A DNA stretch of 64,000 bases from an uncultured Gammaproteobacteria bacterium (GCA_964409875.1 CAYPEN010000001.1:1313-65312); one strand, 5' to 3'; positions 9,766-19,453 are shown, counted from the stretch's first letter. The notes: a model not told the origin generated them from the letters alone. Made by a program: numbers and translations.

Positions 9766-10758
9766 ATGGTAAGAATAATTATTATTGTACTAATATCTCT
9801 TGGAATTGGTTTTGTTTTGGGTAAATATGTATTCACTGCCAAGAGTTCATCGGTGCAAGCTCTTCCGGAAAAAGATCTGCGGGAGGTAAGAGAAAGTGGA
9901 TATAAGTTCATTAGCCCCCTATTGGAATGTGAAACCGGAAAGGATTATTACAAGCTCAACGGGCTTGATTCCCTGCAAAAAGAAGTAGAGGATTTCGTAA
10001 CCAAAGAGAAAAGTGTTGGAACTATTACCGACGCTGCGGTTTATTTTCGTGATCTTAATAACGGGCCATGGTTTGGGGTAAATGAGCATGTAGCATTCTC
10101 ACCTGCGAGCCTTCTGAAGCTTCCTGTGATGATGGCTTATTATAAGAAAGCAGAATCCGATCCAGAATTCTTAAAAAAGAAGGTTACATATGAGGCAAAA
10201 GATGCACTTCTAGGTCAAAATATTGCTCCTAAAGAGTCATTGCAAATAGGAAAATCCTATACTTTCGAAGAATTACTCGAGAGGATGATGGTATATTCGG
10301 ATAATGCTGCATTAACTCTTCTCGAGGATAATATCGATCCAAAGCTTATTGATAAAGTAACTCTTGATCTTGGGGTTGAGACAGCAAATGAAACTACACC
10401 TGTTAATTTTATGAGCGTGAAGGGGTACGCTGGACTTTTCCGAATACTTTATAATGCCTCATATCTTGAAAAAGAATTTTCAGAGAAGACACTTCAGATT
10501 TTGAGCAATTCAGAATTTATGAATGGAATTGTAGCCGGTGTGCCGAAAGACGTGGTTGTTTCACACAAATTTGGGGAACGGCAGCTGGAGGAAAATTCAT
10601 TCCAGCTTCATGACTGCGGAATTGTATATTACTCAAAGGGCCCATACCTAATATGCATTATGTCTCGAGGAAATTCAATGCAAAATCTCGAGCAATTTAT
10701 AAGTAAAATTTCGGAAATTACCTATAACGGCATTCAAAAGCGGAGAGATTCAAAGTAG
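9766..10758 (+). CDS. class A beta-lactamase-like serine hydrolase, N-terminal membrane anchor
   Basis: 330 aa. N-terminal TM helix. SxxK motif (FSPASLLKLP), SDN motif (YSDNAALTL), KTG-like HKFGE. Confidence 0.7.
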   Translation: MVRIIIIVLISLGIGFVLGKYVFTAKSSSVQALPEKDLREVRESGYKFISPLLECETGKDYYKLNGLDSLQKEVEDFVTKEKSVGTITDAAVYFRDLNNGPWFGVNEHVAFSPASLLKLPVMMAYYKKAESDPEFLKKKVTYEAKDALLGQNIAPKESLQIGKSYTFEELLERMMVYSDNAALTLLEDNIDPKLIDKVTLDLGVETANETTPVNFMSVKGYAGLFRILYNASYLEKEFSEKTLQILSNSEFMNGIVAGVPKDVVVSHKFGERQLEENSFQLHDCGIVYYSKGPYLICIMSRGNSMQNLEQFISKISEITYNGIQKRRDSK

Positions 10759-10806
10759 CCGGAAAATCTAATTGACAGCCAATAGGCGCGGGAATATATT
10801 GTAAGA

Positions 10807-11766
10807 ATGCACCGGTTCTTGACAATAGGTTCTGTTGTCGTTTTTATTACGAGTCTTGCAATTAACGCTTATTTTTTTAACTCCTATGTAAAAACCCTGG
10901 GGCTTGTGAAAAGCCAGAAAAATTACGAGGAAAATCTTCAGAAATATCCGTTTCTTGCATCCCGTACGCTCATGGATAAGCATGGAGATTTTTTGCTTAA
11001 TTTCCTTGATTTGAGGGAAAAGTTACACCAAATGGCAGACCCCTTGGGGGACAAAATTGAACTTTATTTTGAGTATCTTCCTACAGGCACTTCAATTGGC
11101 ATTAATTCAGGCAACAATTTCTTTGCTGCCTCGCTTTTCAAACTTCCGGTGGTGATGGCATACTTCAGGCATAAAGAGAAGGTGACATCAGCGCAAGATT
11201 ATAAAGTAAAACTTACGAAAGATATGCTTGACAACCGGTTTGGGGATTTATGGCAGAAGGGGGAAGGGTATGAGCTTGACTTAAATGAAGCAGCACGTCT
11301 TGCTCTTGAAAAATCGGACAACACGGCCGCAAAAGCGCTTGGAACAGTTATAACTCAGGACGATTTTGATGATGTATATTTGGGGGTTGATGTTGACCTT
11401 CAGATTGCAAGCGAAGGAGCGGTCATGACTACAAAGAAATATTCCTCAATCCTCAAGGCGTTATACTTTTCTGCAGTTCTCACCAGGGAGGATTCCCAGA
11501 CAATTCTTGATTATCTTTCCCACTCCGAATTTAACGATAAGCTTGTCGCAGGTATACCAAAAGATGTTACTGTGGCGCACAAAATAGGTGTTATTGATGA
11601 AAAGTCTTATATGGATTGCGGAATAGTATATGTGCCCTATAGACCTTATATGCTGTGCATGGTATCAAGCGGAACAGAGGAAGAAGCACGTGTGCGCATG
11701 AGCAGGATTTCCAAAACCATCTATGAATATGTCGTCAGTGCAAAAAGTCCGGCTCCGGAAAATTAG
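10807..11766 (+). CDS. class A beta-lactamase-like serine hydrolase (tandem paralog)
   Basis: 319 aa. Same architecture: TM helix, AASLFKLPVVMAYF (SxxK), EKSDNTAAKAL (SDN), AHKIGV (KTG-like). Collinear with the upstream paralog. Confidence 0.7.
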   Translation: MHRFLTIGSVVVFITSLAINAYFFNSYVKTLGLVKSQKNYEENLQKYPFLASRTLMDKHGDFLLNFLDLREKLHQMADPLGDKIELYFEYLPTGTSIGINSGNNFFAASLFKLPVVMAYFRHKEKVTSAQDYKVKLTKDMLDNRFGDLWQKGEGYELDLNEAARLALEKSDNTAAKALGTVITQDDFDDVYLGVDVDLQIASEGAVMTTKKYSSILKALYFSAVLTREDSQTILDYLSHSEFNDKLVAGIPKDVTVAHKIGVIDEKSYMDCGIVYVPYRPYMLCMVSSGTEEEARVRMSRISKTIYEYVVSAKSPAPEN

Positions 11767-11772
11767 GAATTC

Positions 11773-11802
11773 TTGACAGGTAACTTCTCCTTTTTCTATA
11801 GT
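11773..11802 (+). promoter_or_regulatory. sigma70-like promoter (TTGACA-18-TATAGT) for the first LytR_C gene
   Basis: TTGACA at 11773-11778, 18-nt spacer, TATAGT at 11797-11802. ATG at 11812 gives a very short leader. Confidence 0.45.
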
Positions 11803-11811
11803 AGAACTACC

Positions 11812-12570
11812 ATGAAAAAGCCTGCCCTTAAGAAGAGCTCCAAAGAAAAAGAAGATATTTCCAAAATTGTTTCAGAAATTGTTGAGGAGAACGAGAAAGA
11901 AGAGAGGGAAGATGAGGTTGCAGAAATTCCTGTGGAGCTTGATGAGAGTGAAAAGGAGACCGAGGTAACAGAGGAAAATAAGGAAGGAGTCGGTGAGCCG
12001 GAGAATGAAGAACAAGCCGATGAAGTAACTAGGAGATCTTCATTTTACGAGAAGGTGATGGGGGAGAAGCCTCCTGAACGGCGGGATGAGGTGAAAGAGG
12101 AAAAAAAAGAGCGGTCAATTAACACAAAGCTATTCCTGCTTGGTGCTTTTGTTTTTGTTCTCACCGTTCTTATTGCTTCAATGGCGGGATTGGCAATACT
12201 CAATAAAGACATGCTTTTTACCCAGCTTTCAAAGAAAACTGTAAAGCCTACGCCAACCGCCGCACTACCTACCCCTACGCCATTTGCAATCCAACGCGAC
12301 AAATGGCAATTTGAAGTTCTGAACGGAAGTGATACACCAGGAGTGGCGGCAAAAGGTTCAGAAAAAGTAAAAGCATTAGGTTACAAAGTTACTAAAGTAG
12401 GGAATACCGATGCAACAGTAGATGCTGCACAAATTTCTTTCTCAAAAGACGCAAATGAGGAAGAAAAGAATGCAATTTTAAAAGACCTAAAGCCCGAATT
12501 CGGGGATGTTGCAGTAGGCGAAGCGCTTTCTGATACGGAAAAGACAGTCCGTCTAATCCTTATAAAATAA
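11812..12570 (+). CDS. membrane protein with acidic low-complexity N-region and C-terminal LytR_C domain
   Basis: Preferred start MKKPALKK at 11812 (ORF track 11773) because of the promoter spacing. E/K-rich region, one TM helix (LFLLGAFVFVLTVLIASMAGLAIL). C-terminus WQFEVLNGSDTPGVAAKGSEKVKALGYKVTKVGNTD...VRLILIK matches the LytR_C pattern. Confidence 0.6.
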   Translation: MKKPALKKSSKEKEDISKIVSEIVEENEKEEREDEVAEIPVELDESEKETEVTEENKEGVGEPENEEQADEVTRRSSFYEKVMGEKPPERRDEVKEEKKERSINTKLFLLGAFVFVLTVLIASMAGLAILNKDMLFTQLSKKTVKPTPTAALPTPTPFAIQRDKWQFEVLNGSDTPGVAAKGSEKVKALGYKVTKVGNTDATVDAAQISFSKDANEEEKNAILKDLKPEFGDVAVGEALSDTEKTVRLILIK

Positions 12571-12624
12571 GCTTCTTTTGCTCTTACGCATTCAGCGGCA
12601 AGTGAACAAGTGTAACTCTTTTCC

Positions 12625-12654
12625 TTGACAGTATCCTTTTTCAACGGGTATTAT
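12625..12654 (+). promoter_or_regulatory. sigma70-like promoter (TTGACA-18-TATTAT) for the second LytR_C gene
   Basis: TTGACA at 12625-12630, 18-nt spacer, TATTAT at 12649-12654. ATG at 12664. Same architecture as the promoter at 11773. Confidence 0.45.
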
Positions 12655-12663
12655 TATCAAGCC

Positions 12664-13581
12664 ATGAAAAAAGCTGCCCGCAAGAAGAAGGAATCTTTTT
12701 TTGAGTCCACTTCGACGAAGCATGGGTACGGCGAGAAAGTTGAAGAACAAATTGCAGAAGTTGTCGTTCCACAGGAGGAAAAAAAGATGAAAGGCACGTT
12801 TTTTGGCCGGTTTTCAAGCAAGCGTTTTCAAATAGGCGCATTTCTCCTACTCTCATTTATCATCGTTGCAGTGCTGGTAGGATATAACTGGCTGCAAAAT
12901 GGAAAACAGACTGTCGGAACAGATGGAAAATTAAATTCGGCTGCTGTTAAGGCTCTGATTGACGAAGTAGCAGATAAAATGGAACTTCCTCAAAATGAAA
13001 CTCCTACTATTGCAACCGTTACCGATGTTACAAAACTTGCCGACCAGCCGTTTTTCAGAAATGCAAAAAATGGCGACAAGGTGATGATTTATGGTTCGAC
13101 AAAGGAAGCAATTCTGTACCGCCCCTCTAATCACAAAATTATCGCGGTTGCACCCATCAATGCAACTGCAAATCCTACCGGTACACCTGTAGCCCAAGCA
13201 ACAAATGTGACCGGTACCCCTACTGTTTCTGTTACACCCTCAGTTTCAGTTACCCCAACTCCCACAAAAGAGGCTGAAAAATTGAAAGTTGTGGTGCTTA
13301 ATAGTACTAAAACAGCGGGTCTTGCCAAAAAAGCTGCTGATATGCTGGATAAGGAGAAATTCAATGTATTAAGTACCTCAAATGCCCAAGGAGAATATAA
13401 AACAACCAGCGTTTCAAGCGTTTCAAAAGACAAGAAGGTTACCGATTCGGACCTTAAATCAATTGCAGCGACATTTTCCAAAGTAAAAGCAAACGTTTCG
13501 TCACTTCCATCTGGCGAAGCTGCACCTGCAGGTGCTGATGTGGTTGTAATTGTGGGTAGTGACTTCTCCGATTCATATTAA
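12664..13581 (+). CDS. membrane protein with C-terminal LytR_C domain (tandem paralog)
   Basis: Start MKKAARKKK at 12664 (ORF track 12625). TM helix IGAFLLLSFIIVAVLVGY. T/P/V-rich linker. C-terminus KLKVVVLNSTKTAGLAKKAADMLDKEKFNVLSTSNAQ...VVVIVGSDFS is LytR_C-like. Confidence 0.6.
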   Translation: MKKAARKKKESFFESTSTKHGYGEKVEEQIAEVVVPQEEKKMKGTFFGRFSSKRFQIGAFLLLSFIIVAVLVGYNWLQNGKQTVGTDGKLNSAAVKALIDEVADKMELPQNETPTIATVTDVTKLADQPFFRNAKNGDKVMIYGSTKEAILYRPSNHKIIAVAPINATANPTGTPVAQATNVTGTPTVSVTPSVSVTPTPTKEAEKLKVVVLNSTKTAGLAKKAADMLDKEKFNVLSTSNAQGEYKTTSVSSVSKDKKVTDSDLKSIAATFSKVKANVSSLPSGEAAPAGADVVVIVGSDFSDSY

Positions 13582-13637
13582 CCGTATTAACCCTCATTGA
13601 ATCGAACCTAATTTTCTTCTAGAATGAGATTAGCTTC

Positions 13638-14033
13638 ATGAATTTTTTTAAGGAAAATTACCGAGTTTTTGTTGTTTTTGGGATTCCACTGGCCGTACTT
13701 TTCATTGTTATTGTTCTTCACAAAGACAAACCCGTCAAAAAAGATGTAGCTACATCATTCAAGGAAGCAGTTACTTTTCCAAATAATCCCGAATTGATAA
13801 AAAAAAGTATCTCTGATGTCAGCAATCTTGTGGAGATTCCCGACGAGAGTCAGGCAAAAGTCTTTGAGGTTGTTGATGTCAAATCACTTCGTGTAAGGAG
13901 CCCGATTTTTAAGAAAGCTTATCCTCATGATTTTGTTGTTCTTCTGCCTGATAAAACTATAATATATGACCCTTCGACTAAGACCGTGAGGGATATTTCG
14001 AGTAAAGTATTCTATGATGAATTTTCAAATTGA
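13638..14033 (+). CDS. hypothetical small membrane-anchored protein
   Basis: 131 aa with an N-terminal TM helix (VFVVFGIPLAVLFIVIVL). No recognisable motif. Confidence 0.45.
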   Translation: MNFFKENYRVFVVFGIPLAVLFIVIVLHKDKPVKKDVATSFKEAVTFPNNPELIKKSISDVSNLVEIPDESQAKVFEVVDVKSLRVRSPIFKKAYPHDFVVLLPDKTIIYDPSTKTVRDISSKVFYDEFSN

Positions 14034-14061
14034 TAAAACAACAATCTTTGTAATAAGAACG

Positions 14062-15876
14062 ATGGGAGGATTGAGACTTTTAACAATAGTGTCTTTTGTC
14101 TTCTGTCTATTGTTTTTTTTCCCTTCAAAAGCTCATGCTGCTGTCAAGACATGGAATCCAACAGGCTGTGCTAGTTCGAGTTGGAATGTGGCAGGTAACT
14201 GGTCGGGAGGATTACCGGGGACTGCAGATGTTGCGACATTTGACGGGGCGACAAGTAACTGTCCTGTAACCGTTAATGCTTCTATTGATGTTGGCGGAAT
14301 TAATATTACCGGCGGGTATACAGGCACAATTACTCAAGGAAATGGAAACAGTATCAATATCAGAGCATCAGGATTTACTCAGAATGCATCGTCAAGCACA
14401 TTTATTGGTGGTGATGCGACGAGCAATATAACTCTTGACAGTAATGGTGGAGATTTTACGCTCACAGCGGGCACTTTTACAGCCAGCGGCGGAACTTTTC
14501 TATTTCATGATAACTTTACAATCAATGGGGGTACTTTTAACAGTAATTCAGGGAAGGTAGAGGAGCTGGCAAGTGCGGACAGTACGGCAACAATTACAGG
14601 TTCTGCTTCATTTTACGATTTTCAATTGGATAATGACGGAGGAAATGAAACAGTAACTTTTGCAGCCGGAACAACTATAACTGTTACCCATACCCTTTAT
14701 TTGAATGATACAACAGGAGGGTTTGGAGGGACTTATATTACCGGAAGCGGAGGAATAACAGCTCTTGGGGATATTTCAACGACAGATGGTTCTTCCTCTG
14801 CCGATGCCGGGGGAATCGGAGGGGATGCGACTGTAACTATAAGAGGAACGGGCAATCAAAATTTAATTGGAATGAATACCGGAAGAGGAAGGTTTCCTTC
14901 TCTTGTGATCAACAAACCATCAGGAACACTCAATATAACAGGAAATTTTTATGGTGGAAATTTTACCTATACAGCTGGGTCGTACAATATAAATACAAGC
15001 TCTTTTAATCTCCAAGGAAGCGTTGGTATCACTGGTTCTTTTACTTTTTACGACTTGGATATCGATAACGGTCAATGTACGAATGATACTATGACTGTCG
15101 CAAGCGGAACGACAATAACAGTCACCCACAAACTGTATCTTGATGATGATAGTACGGGTTGTGGAGGATTGTCGCTTAATGGGCCTGGCGTTTTTGTTGT
15201 TACGGGAGATATAGACACAAATACGACTGATGGGATAGGCGGGGATATTGCCATTACACTAAGTGGTGGAGCTGACCAAACGATAAAACAAGGATCATCA
15301 GGTAGTTTTCCTTCCGGAACTTTTACCATAAATAAATCAGCAGGAACTGTGACGCTTGTTTCTCCACTTGTCCTTAATTCTTCCGGTCAGGATATGGTTA
15401 TTTCTGCAGGTATTTTCAATGTCTCAAGTTACAATCTCACAATAAACGATATCTTGACTATTTCCGGGCAGCTGATTCAAACGACGGGGAATTTGACTAC
15501 CGGGAGTGTCTCTGTCGGTTCAAAAGGGGTATGGCAGAATAATTCTTCAGGCAGTATCACCTTAGGAGGAAATGTCTCAAATTCCGGATACATTCATCTT
15601 GATGGAGGAGGGTCTGCATGTGGTGACAGCGACCCGCTTCAAATCCTTTCAAGCTCAAATGGGGTACAAAGGACTTGGTCAGGAGCCGGGACATTTGTTT
15701 TGGACGATTTGAATGTGAAGGATCAGGGAGGAACAATAACTGCATACAGCAGCACATCTGTGAGCGGGAATGGGTGGACTTTTAATTCAGGCTGTCCGGC
15801 GTATTCCAATAGGACTGATGTAAAGGTAAGTGGTGGGACAAAGATAACGGGCGGTACAAAATTGAAAAGTCTTTAG
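14062..15876 (+). CDS. secreted beta-strand-repeat surface protein (PATR-like motif)
   Basis: Start at MGGLRLL (14062) preferred over 14014, which overlaps the upstream gene. Signal peptide ending SKAHA-AV. Then WNPTGCASSSWNVAGNWSGGLPGTADVATFDG, the WxxGG...NWS...P...D.A.F signature of passenger-associated transport repeats. Rest is G/T/N-rich beta-helix-like sequence. Confidence 0.65.
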   Translation: MGGLRLLTIVSFVFCLLFFFPSKAHAAVKTWNPTGCASSSWNVAGNWSGGLPGTADVATFDGATSNCPVTVNASIDVGGINITGGYTGTITQGNGNSINIRASGFTQNASSSTFIGGDATSNITLDSNGGDFTLTAGTFTASGGTFLFHDNFTINGGTFNSNSGKVEELASADSTATITGSASFYDFQLDNDGGNETVTFAAGTTITVTHTLYLNDTTGGFGGTYITGSGGITALGDISTTDGSSSADAGGIGGDATVTIRGTGNQNLIGMNTGRGRFPSLVINKPSGTLNITGNFYGGNFTYTAGSYNINTSSFNLQGSVGITGSFTFYDLDIDNGQCTNDTMTVASGTTITVTHKLYLDDDSTGCGGLSLNGPGVFVVTGDIDTNTTDGIGGDIAITLSGGADQTIKQGSSGSFPSGTFTINKSAGTVTLVSPLVLNSSGQDMVISAGIFNVSSYNLTINDILTISGQLIQTTGNLTTGSVSVGSKGVWQNNSSGSITLGGNVSNSGYIHLDGGGSACGDSDPLQILSSSNGVQRTWSGAGTFVLDDLNVKDQGGTITAYSSTSVSGNGWTFNSGCPAYSNRTDVKVSGGTKITGGTKLKSL

Positions 15877-18635
15877 CTTCTTGTTGCCCGGGCATTTGCC
15901 GCCCAGAGGAAGATATTGATAAGTGAAATTACAATAAAGGGGAGTACTTTTAACCACCCAAATTCAAGGACAAAAAGGAATTCAACGGCCATTGTCAAAA
16001 AGAGAAATGTTTCAAAGAGGGTGCCTGAAATGTAACTTATGTACCAATAAAGCACTTCAAACCCGAATCCTTTTGGCTTATTCAGTTGAGAAAGTTGTAC
16101 CTCAATTTTGTTATCCAACTTTTCCTTACCGATACTAAGCACGGTATTGCGGAAGCCTTTTTTAGAAACAGTTACCTTTACTGTCGTTGCATCTTGTATG
16201 TTGGTGAAAAACTCACCGTCCGAATTGGTTGTTGTGTGTGTTATTACTTTTCCGTTAGGGTGCGAAATGTAAAGTAGTGCTCCGGGTATCACTTCCCCTC
16301 CCGGTGTGAGGACTGTCCCATGAAGCGGATACGTATGGGTGGATTTTCCGATAATTCGTCCTACAAAATATAGGCAAAAATATGGCAATTTAGTTAAGGG
16401 AACGCTCAATTTCCGGGCAGTGGAAATGGTGAGGAGTCCAACTAAAAGGAGTGCAGTGGAGAAAGCTAGAAAATCAAAAAAACGGATAGATTTTCTGAGG
16501 GTGTGAATGTACTCTTTAATAAGCGTTGCCACATCAACGACCGTTGCGGTCGTGTATTTGGCATACGCTAACACACTGAAAGGGAGAGGTTTTAGCTCAA
16601 CTGTCGGATAATTTGAAGATGTTGCATTTATCTCAAAATCAACCGTTTTATCCTCAAACCCTATGGCTGTTACCTCCGCTCTGTATTTGCCCGTTGGCAA
16701 AACGCTTGCAACAGTTCCATCAACGTCAGAATAATTTGGATTCTTCACAGGAGTAATATCTGAAGTGAGCTTGTCATATATTTTGAGGCGAGTGTTATAG
16801 AAAGAGAATGTTACTTTTGCACGTTCAATTGGGTCTTTAGAAGCAGCGTTGATAACACGGAAAGAGGGGACTGTTTGAATTGTGGAGAGGGTTTCCTCCG
16901 TTATATTCCCGTTGAAGTCCTGAATTTGTATGACGAGGTGGTACGTCCCCGGTTCAACATTGGATTGCAGTTTGCCGATATATTCACCCGGAGCAATTTC
17001 CGTAATTTCGACAAAATCGTTGCTGGCATATGCTTGAAAAGAGGCAAGCCCCAACACTTTATCGTTTCTGATAATTGCTTTTATCGACTTTATTTTCTCA
17101 TATGATGCGACCGAGAATTTGAATGAATATGTAGTGTTGCGGGGAATTATAACAATAGGTCTTGTGGTTACTGCTCTTAATGGGTCTGTTAATACTACGT
17201 CATTGCTGGTCAAAATAAGTGAATTGGCCAAAATTTGAGGTGGCGTAGACGGGAGGGCAGTATCAATCACGTAAAAATCGGACACTGTATTTTTGCCGTC
17301 TTTATCTACGACCGTTACTTTATAGTAGTAACGTGTTGCAGGGGAAAGAGCAGAGAGGTGAATAATGTGCTCGGTAGAGAGAGTGTTTGAAGCGGCAGTT
17401 TTTGAAAGCGATTTTAGTGATGTCCCGTATTGAATTTTTGCAGTCGTGTTTTTATCTGTCACGACTAAGATTGCCGCCTCAGATGAGCTTACCGTCCGAA
17501 GCTGAATGTCATTGATAACAGGAGCTTTTGTGGGTGATGACGCTTGAGTTGGAGTGGGAGTGGGCGTTGAAGTTGCAGATGTTGCAGTCGAAGAGCTTGA
17601 ACTTGAGGAAGATGTAGACCCCGGAGTGGGGGTTGGTGTTACGGGCGTACTATATTGAAAGGTGGAAGTTACCGTCGAATCGGCTGTAACTGTGCCGGGT
17701 CCGTAGGTCCGGCCATTAACGGTAAAAGTGACGGGTAAGGCTCCAGTATAGGAGGCGTTGGTTTTTAGCTTAAAACTTACCGTTTGATCCGTTGTTAAAC
17801 CCGGAATAGCCGAAATTGTCCAATCTATTTTACGGTTAACGCTATCAACAACGGGAGGAGAACTGTTGTAGCCATTTGTTGCGCTCCCAACTACATAATC
17901 GAGAAGGTCAACGGTTGGCGTTGCTCCTCCCTGTACCGTGCCCAAATCCCAACTGGCCTCAACCGTAATGTCGGCCGGATAGGTAAGAAGATTTCCGTAT
18001 GTTAACGAGTAGGTAAGTGTGGTGTTTTGAGCGAAGGTGGCATTCGTCGGGTCTGAAAGCGCGAGGTCTGCGGAAAAGTCAGTAGGATTAGCGGCTACTG
18101 TTGCCGTAACACTTATGGAGTCATTGGTAACAATAGGAATACCATATGCATGGTAGTCGACCACCTGGTTTGACACATTCATAGTGCGTAGAATTCCTAC
18201 GTACGTGCCTGTTGAGGAGGGTGTGGTCAACGTGTTATTTGAGGCAAAATTGAAGCAGTATTCAGTCCCAGTAGACAAGTCATTTATGGGAAATGTGACA
18301 ATCTGACCAGAAACAGTCGTGGCAGTTGTGATGCCGGGCATGGCAACTGCGCCTGATGGGAGATTTGAGGTAGTGACAGTCCAATTTGAAGCAGTTTGGT
18401 TAACCGTAAAGCCGGTTGGAAAAACAACCTGTATCTGTGTTTCGGCTCCTGCAGTTTCAGGAGTGGCGCAAACCAACCCACCTGTTGAGCGTGAAATAGC
18501 AGTTCTATCAAGCCTCACAAGCGTACCTAAATCGCCAGCATACACCTCCCCCGTGAGTAGAGGAATAATAAATGAAACCAGGGTAAGTCCCAGAAAAAAA
18601 AGGGCAGACTTTTTCACCTTCCTTAATAATAGCAT
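15873..18635 (-). CDS. secreted multidomain cell-surface protein with C-terminal membrane anchor (FN3-like and carboxypeptidase-regulatory-like domains)
   Basis: 920 aa. N-terminal signal/anchor (LFFLGLTLVSFIIPLLTGEVYA). S/T/P-rich linker (TPVTPTPTPGSTSSSSSSSSTATSATSTPTPTPT). FN3-like block (IQLRTVSSSEAAILVVTDKNTTAKIQYGTS...TRYYYKVTVVDKDGKN). CarboxypepD_reg-like block (GTVLTPGGEVIPGALLYISHPNGKVITHTTTNSDGEFF). Two C-terminal hydrophobic helices. Confidence 0.7.
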   Translation of the reverse strand: MLLLRKVKKSALFFLGLTLVSFIIPLLTGEVYAGDLGTLVRLDRTAISRSTGGLVCATPETAGAETQIQVVFPTGFTVNQTASNWTVTTSNLPSGAVAMPGITTATTVSGQIVTFPINDLSTGTEYCFNFASNNTLTTPSSTGTYVGILRTMNVSNQVVDYHAYGIPIVTNDSISVTATVAANPTDFSADLALSDPTNATFAQNTTLTYSLTYGNLLTYPADITVEASWDLGTVQGGATPTVDLLDYVVGSATNGYNSSPPVVDSVNRKIDWTISAIPGLTTDQTVSFKLKTNASYTGALPVTFTVNGRTYGPGTVTADSTVTSTFQYSTPVTPTPTPGSTSSSSSSSSTATSATSTPTPTPTQASSPTKAPVINDIQLRTVSSSEAAILVVTDKNTTAKIQYGTSLKSLSKTAASNTLSTEHIIHLSALSPATRYYYKVTVVDKDGKNTVSDFYVIDTALPSTPPQILANSLILTSNDVVLTDPLRAVTTRPIVIIPRNTTYSFKFSVASYEKIKSIKAIIRNDKVLGLASFQAYASNDFVEITEIAPGEYIGKLQSNVEPGTYHLVIQIQDFNGNITEETLSTIQTVPSFRVINAASKDPIERAKVTFSFYNTRLKIYDKLTSDITPVKNPNYSDVDGTVASVLPTGKYRAEVTAIGFEDKTVDFEINATSSNYPTVELKPLPFSVLAYAKYTTATVVDVATLIKEYIHTLRKSIRFFDFLAFSTALLLVGLLTISTARKLSVPLTKLPYFCLYFVGRIIGKSTHTYPLHGTVLTPGGEVIPGALLYISHPNGKVITHTTTNSDGEFFTNIQDATTVKVTVSKKGFRNTVLSIGKEKLDNKIEVQLSQLNKPKGFGFEVLYWYISYISGTLFETFLFLTMAVEFLFVLEFGWLKVLPFIVISLINIFLWAANARATRS

Positions 18636-18653
18636 TTATAATCTTCTTACTCT

Positions 18654-18680
18654 AATTTGCAGCTTTCAATGCTGCAAATT
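18654..18680. promoter_or_regulatory. 10-bp perfect palindrome in a divergent intergenic region
   Basis: AATTTGCAGC (18654-18663), TTTCAAT, GCTGCAAATT (18671-18680). It lies between the divergent starts of 15873..18635 (-) and 18776..19453 (+). Confidence 0.3.
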
Positions 18681-18739
18681 AAGTCTAGAAGAGTCAATAC
18701 CCGACTGATTTATGTATAAAAAGGGTATATGGGTGTTTT

Positions 18740-18769
18740 CTTGACAAGTTTTTTTGAATTTGAGCATAA
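18740..18769 (+). promoter_or_regulatory. sigma70-like promoter (TTGACA-18-CATAAT)
   Basis: TTGACA at 18740-18745, 18-nt spacer, CATAAT at 18764-18769. ATG of the next gene at 18776. Confidence 0.4.
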
Positions 18770-18775
18770 TGGGAC

Positions 18776-19453
18776 ATGACGAGAAAAGATGAGGGTTCTT
18801 TCTTCTTCGAGAACACGCTTGAGAAAGAAAAAGAAGAGCTCCAGAAATTAGAGAAAAAAGGAGCTAAAAAGGTACTTCGCTGGTACGATTTCGGTGCCTC
18901 AAAGCTTCGCGATGAGATAAAAAAGCATCCTGCCCAGTACTTTTTCCTTTTCATTTCTACCTTTTTAGGGTCTGTTGTGACCTCAAGTCTTGCATTTCTA
19001 GGGTTCACGGGCAATCTTTTGACACTTTTTGTGCCAAAGTCATCTACTCCAAAAGTTCAGGCTGTACAGGAATTGCAAATTTCCCAAAAGTCTGTTGAAA
19101 GCAATAAGTACGACCCACTACTTTTAGCTTCAAAACTCCGTAAGAATGAGGCTGATATAGAGATTGTTGATATACGAAGTGGTGCGGAGTTTCAGAAAGG
19201 ACATATTCTTCATGCTCAGAACGTGCCTGTGTACGACACTGCGCTTATCACAAAAACCGGAGGGGTAGACCAAGAAGGAATAAAAAAAGCGTTTAAAGAC
19301 TTTATGGGGACGCCGAAATTACTCATTGTATATGCTCACAGTTCGTATTCCACGCTGCCTTCCGATATTGCCGCAATTTTAAATAGTGATGCCAAAAAAG
19401 TGAAGGCTTTGGCTGTTGGATGGGAAGAGTGGCTGCAACTTCAAGGTAAATGA
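18776..19453 (+). CDS. membrane-anchored rhodanese-like domain protein, probably catalytically inactive
   Basis: 225 aa. TM helix FFLFISTFLGSVVTSSLAFLGF. Rhodanese fold signature IVDIRSGAEFQKGHILHAQNVP. The active-site loop position reads YAHSSYS, with no Cys. Confidence 0.6.
   Translation: MTRKDEGSFFFENTLEKEKEELQKLEKKGAKKVLRWYDFGASKLRDEIKKHPAQYFFLFISTFLGSVVTSSLAFLGFTGNLLTLFVPKSSTPKVQAVQELQISQKSVESNKYDPLLLASKLRKNEADIEIVDIRSGAEFQKGHILHAQNVPVYDTALITKTGGVDQEGIKKAFKDFMGTPKLLIVYAHSSYSTLPSDIAAILNSDAKKVKALAVGWEEWLQLQGK

Noticed and set aside
10815-10820. TTGACA hexamer inside the second hydrolase gene considered as a promoter
   Set aside because: It lies inside the coding region just after the start codon, with no matching -10 at proper spacing.
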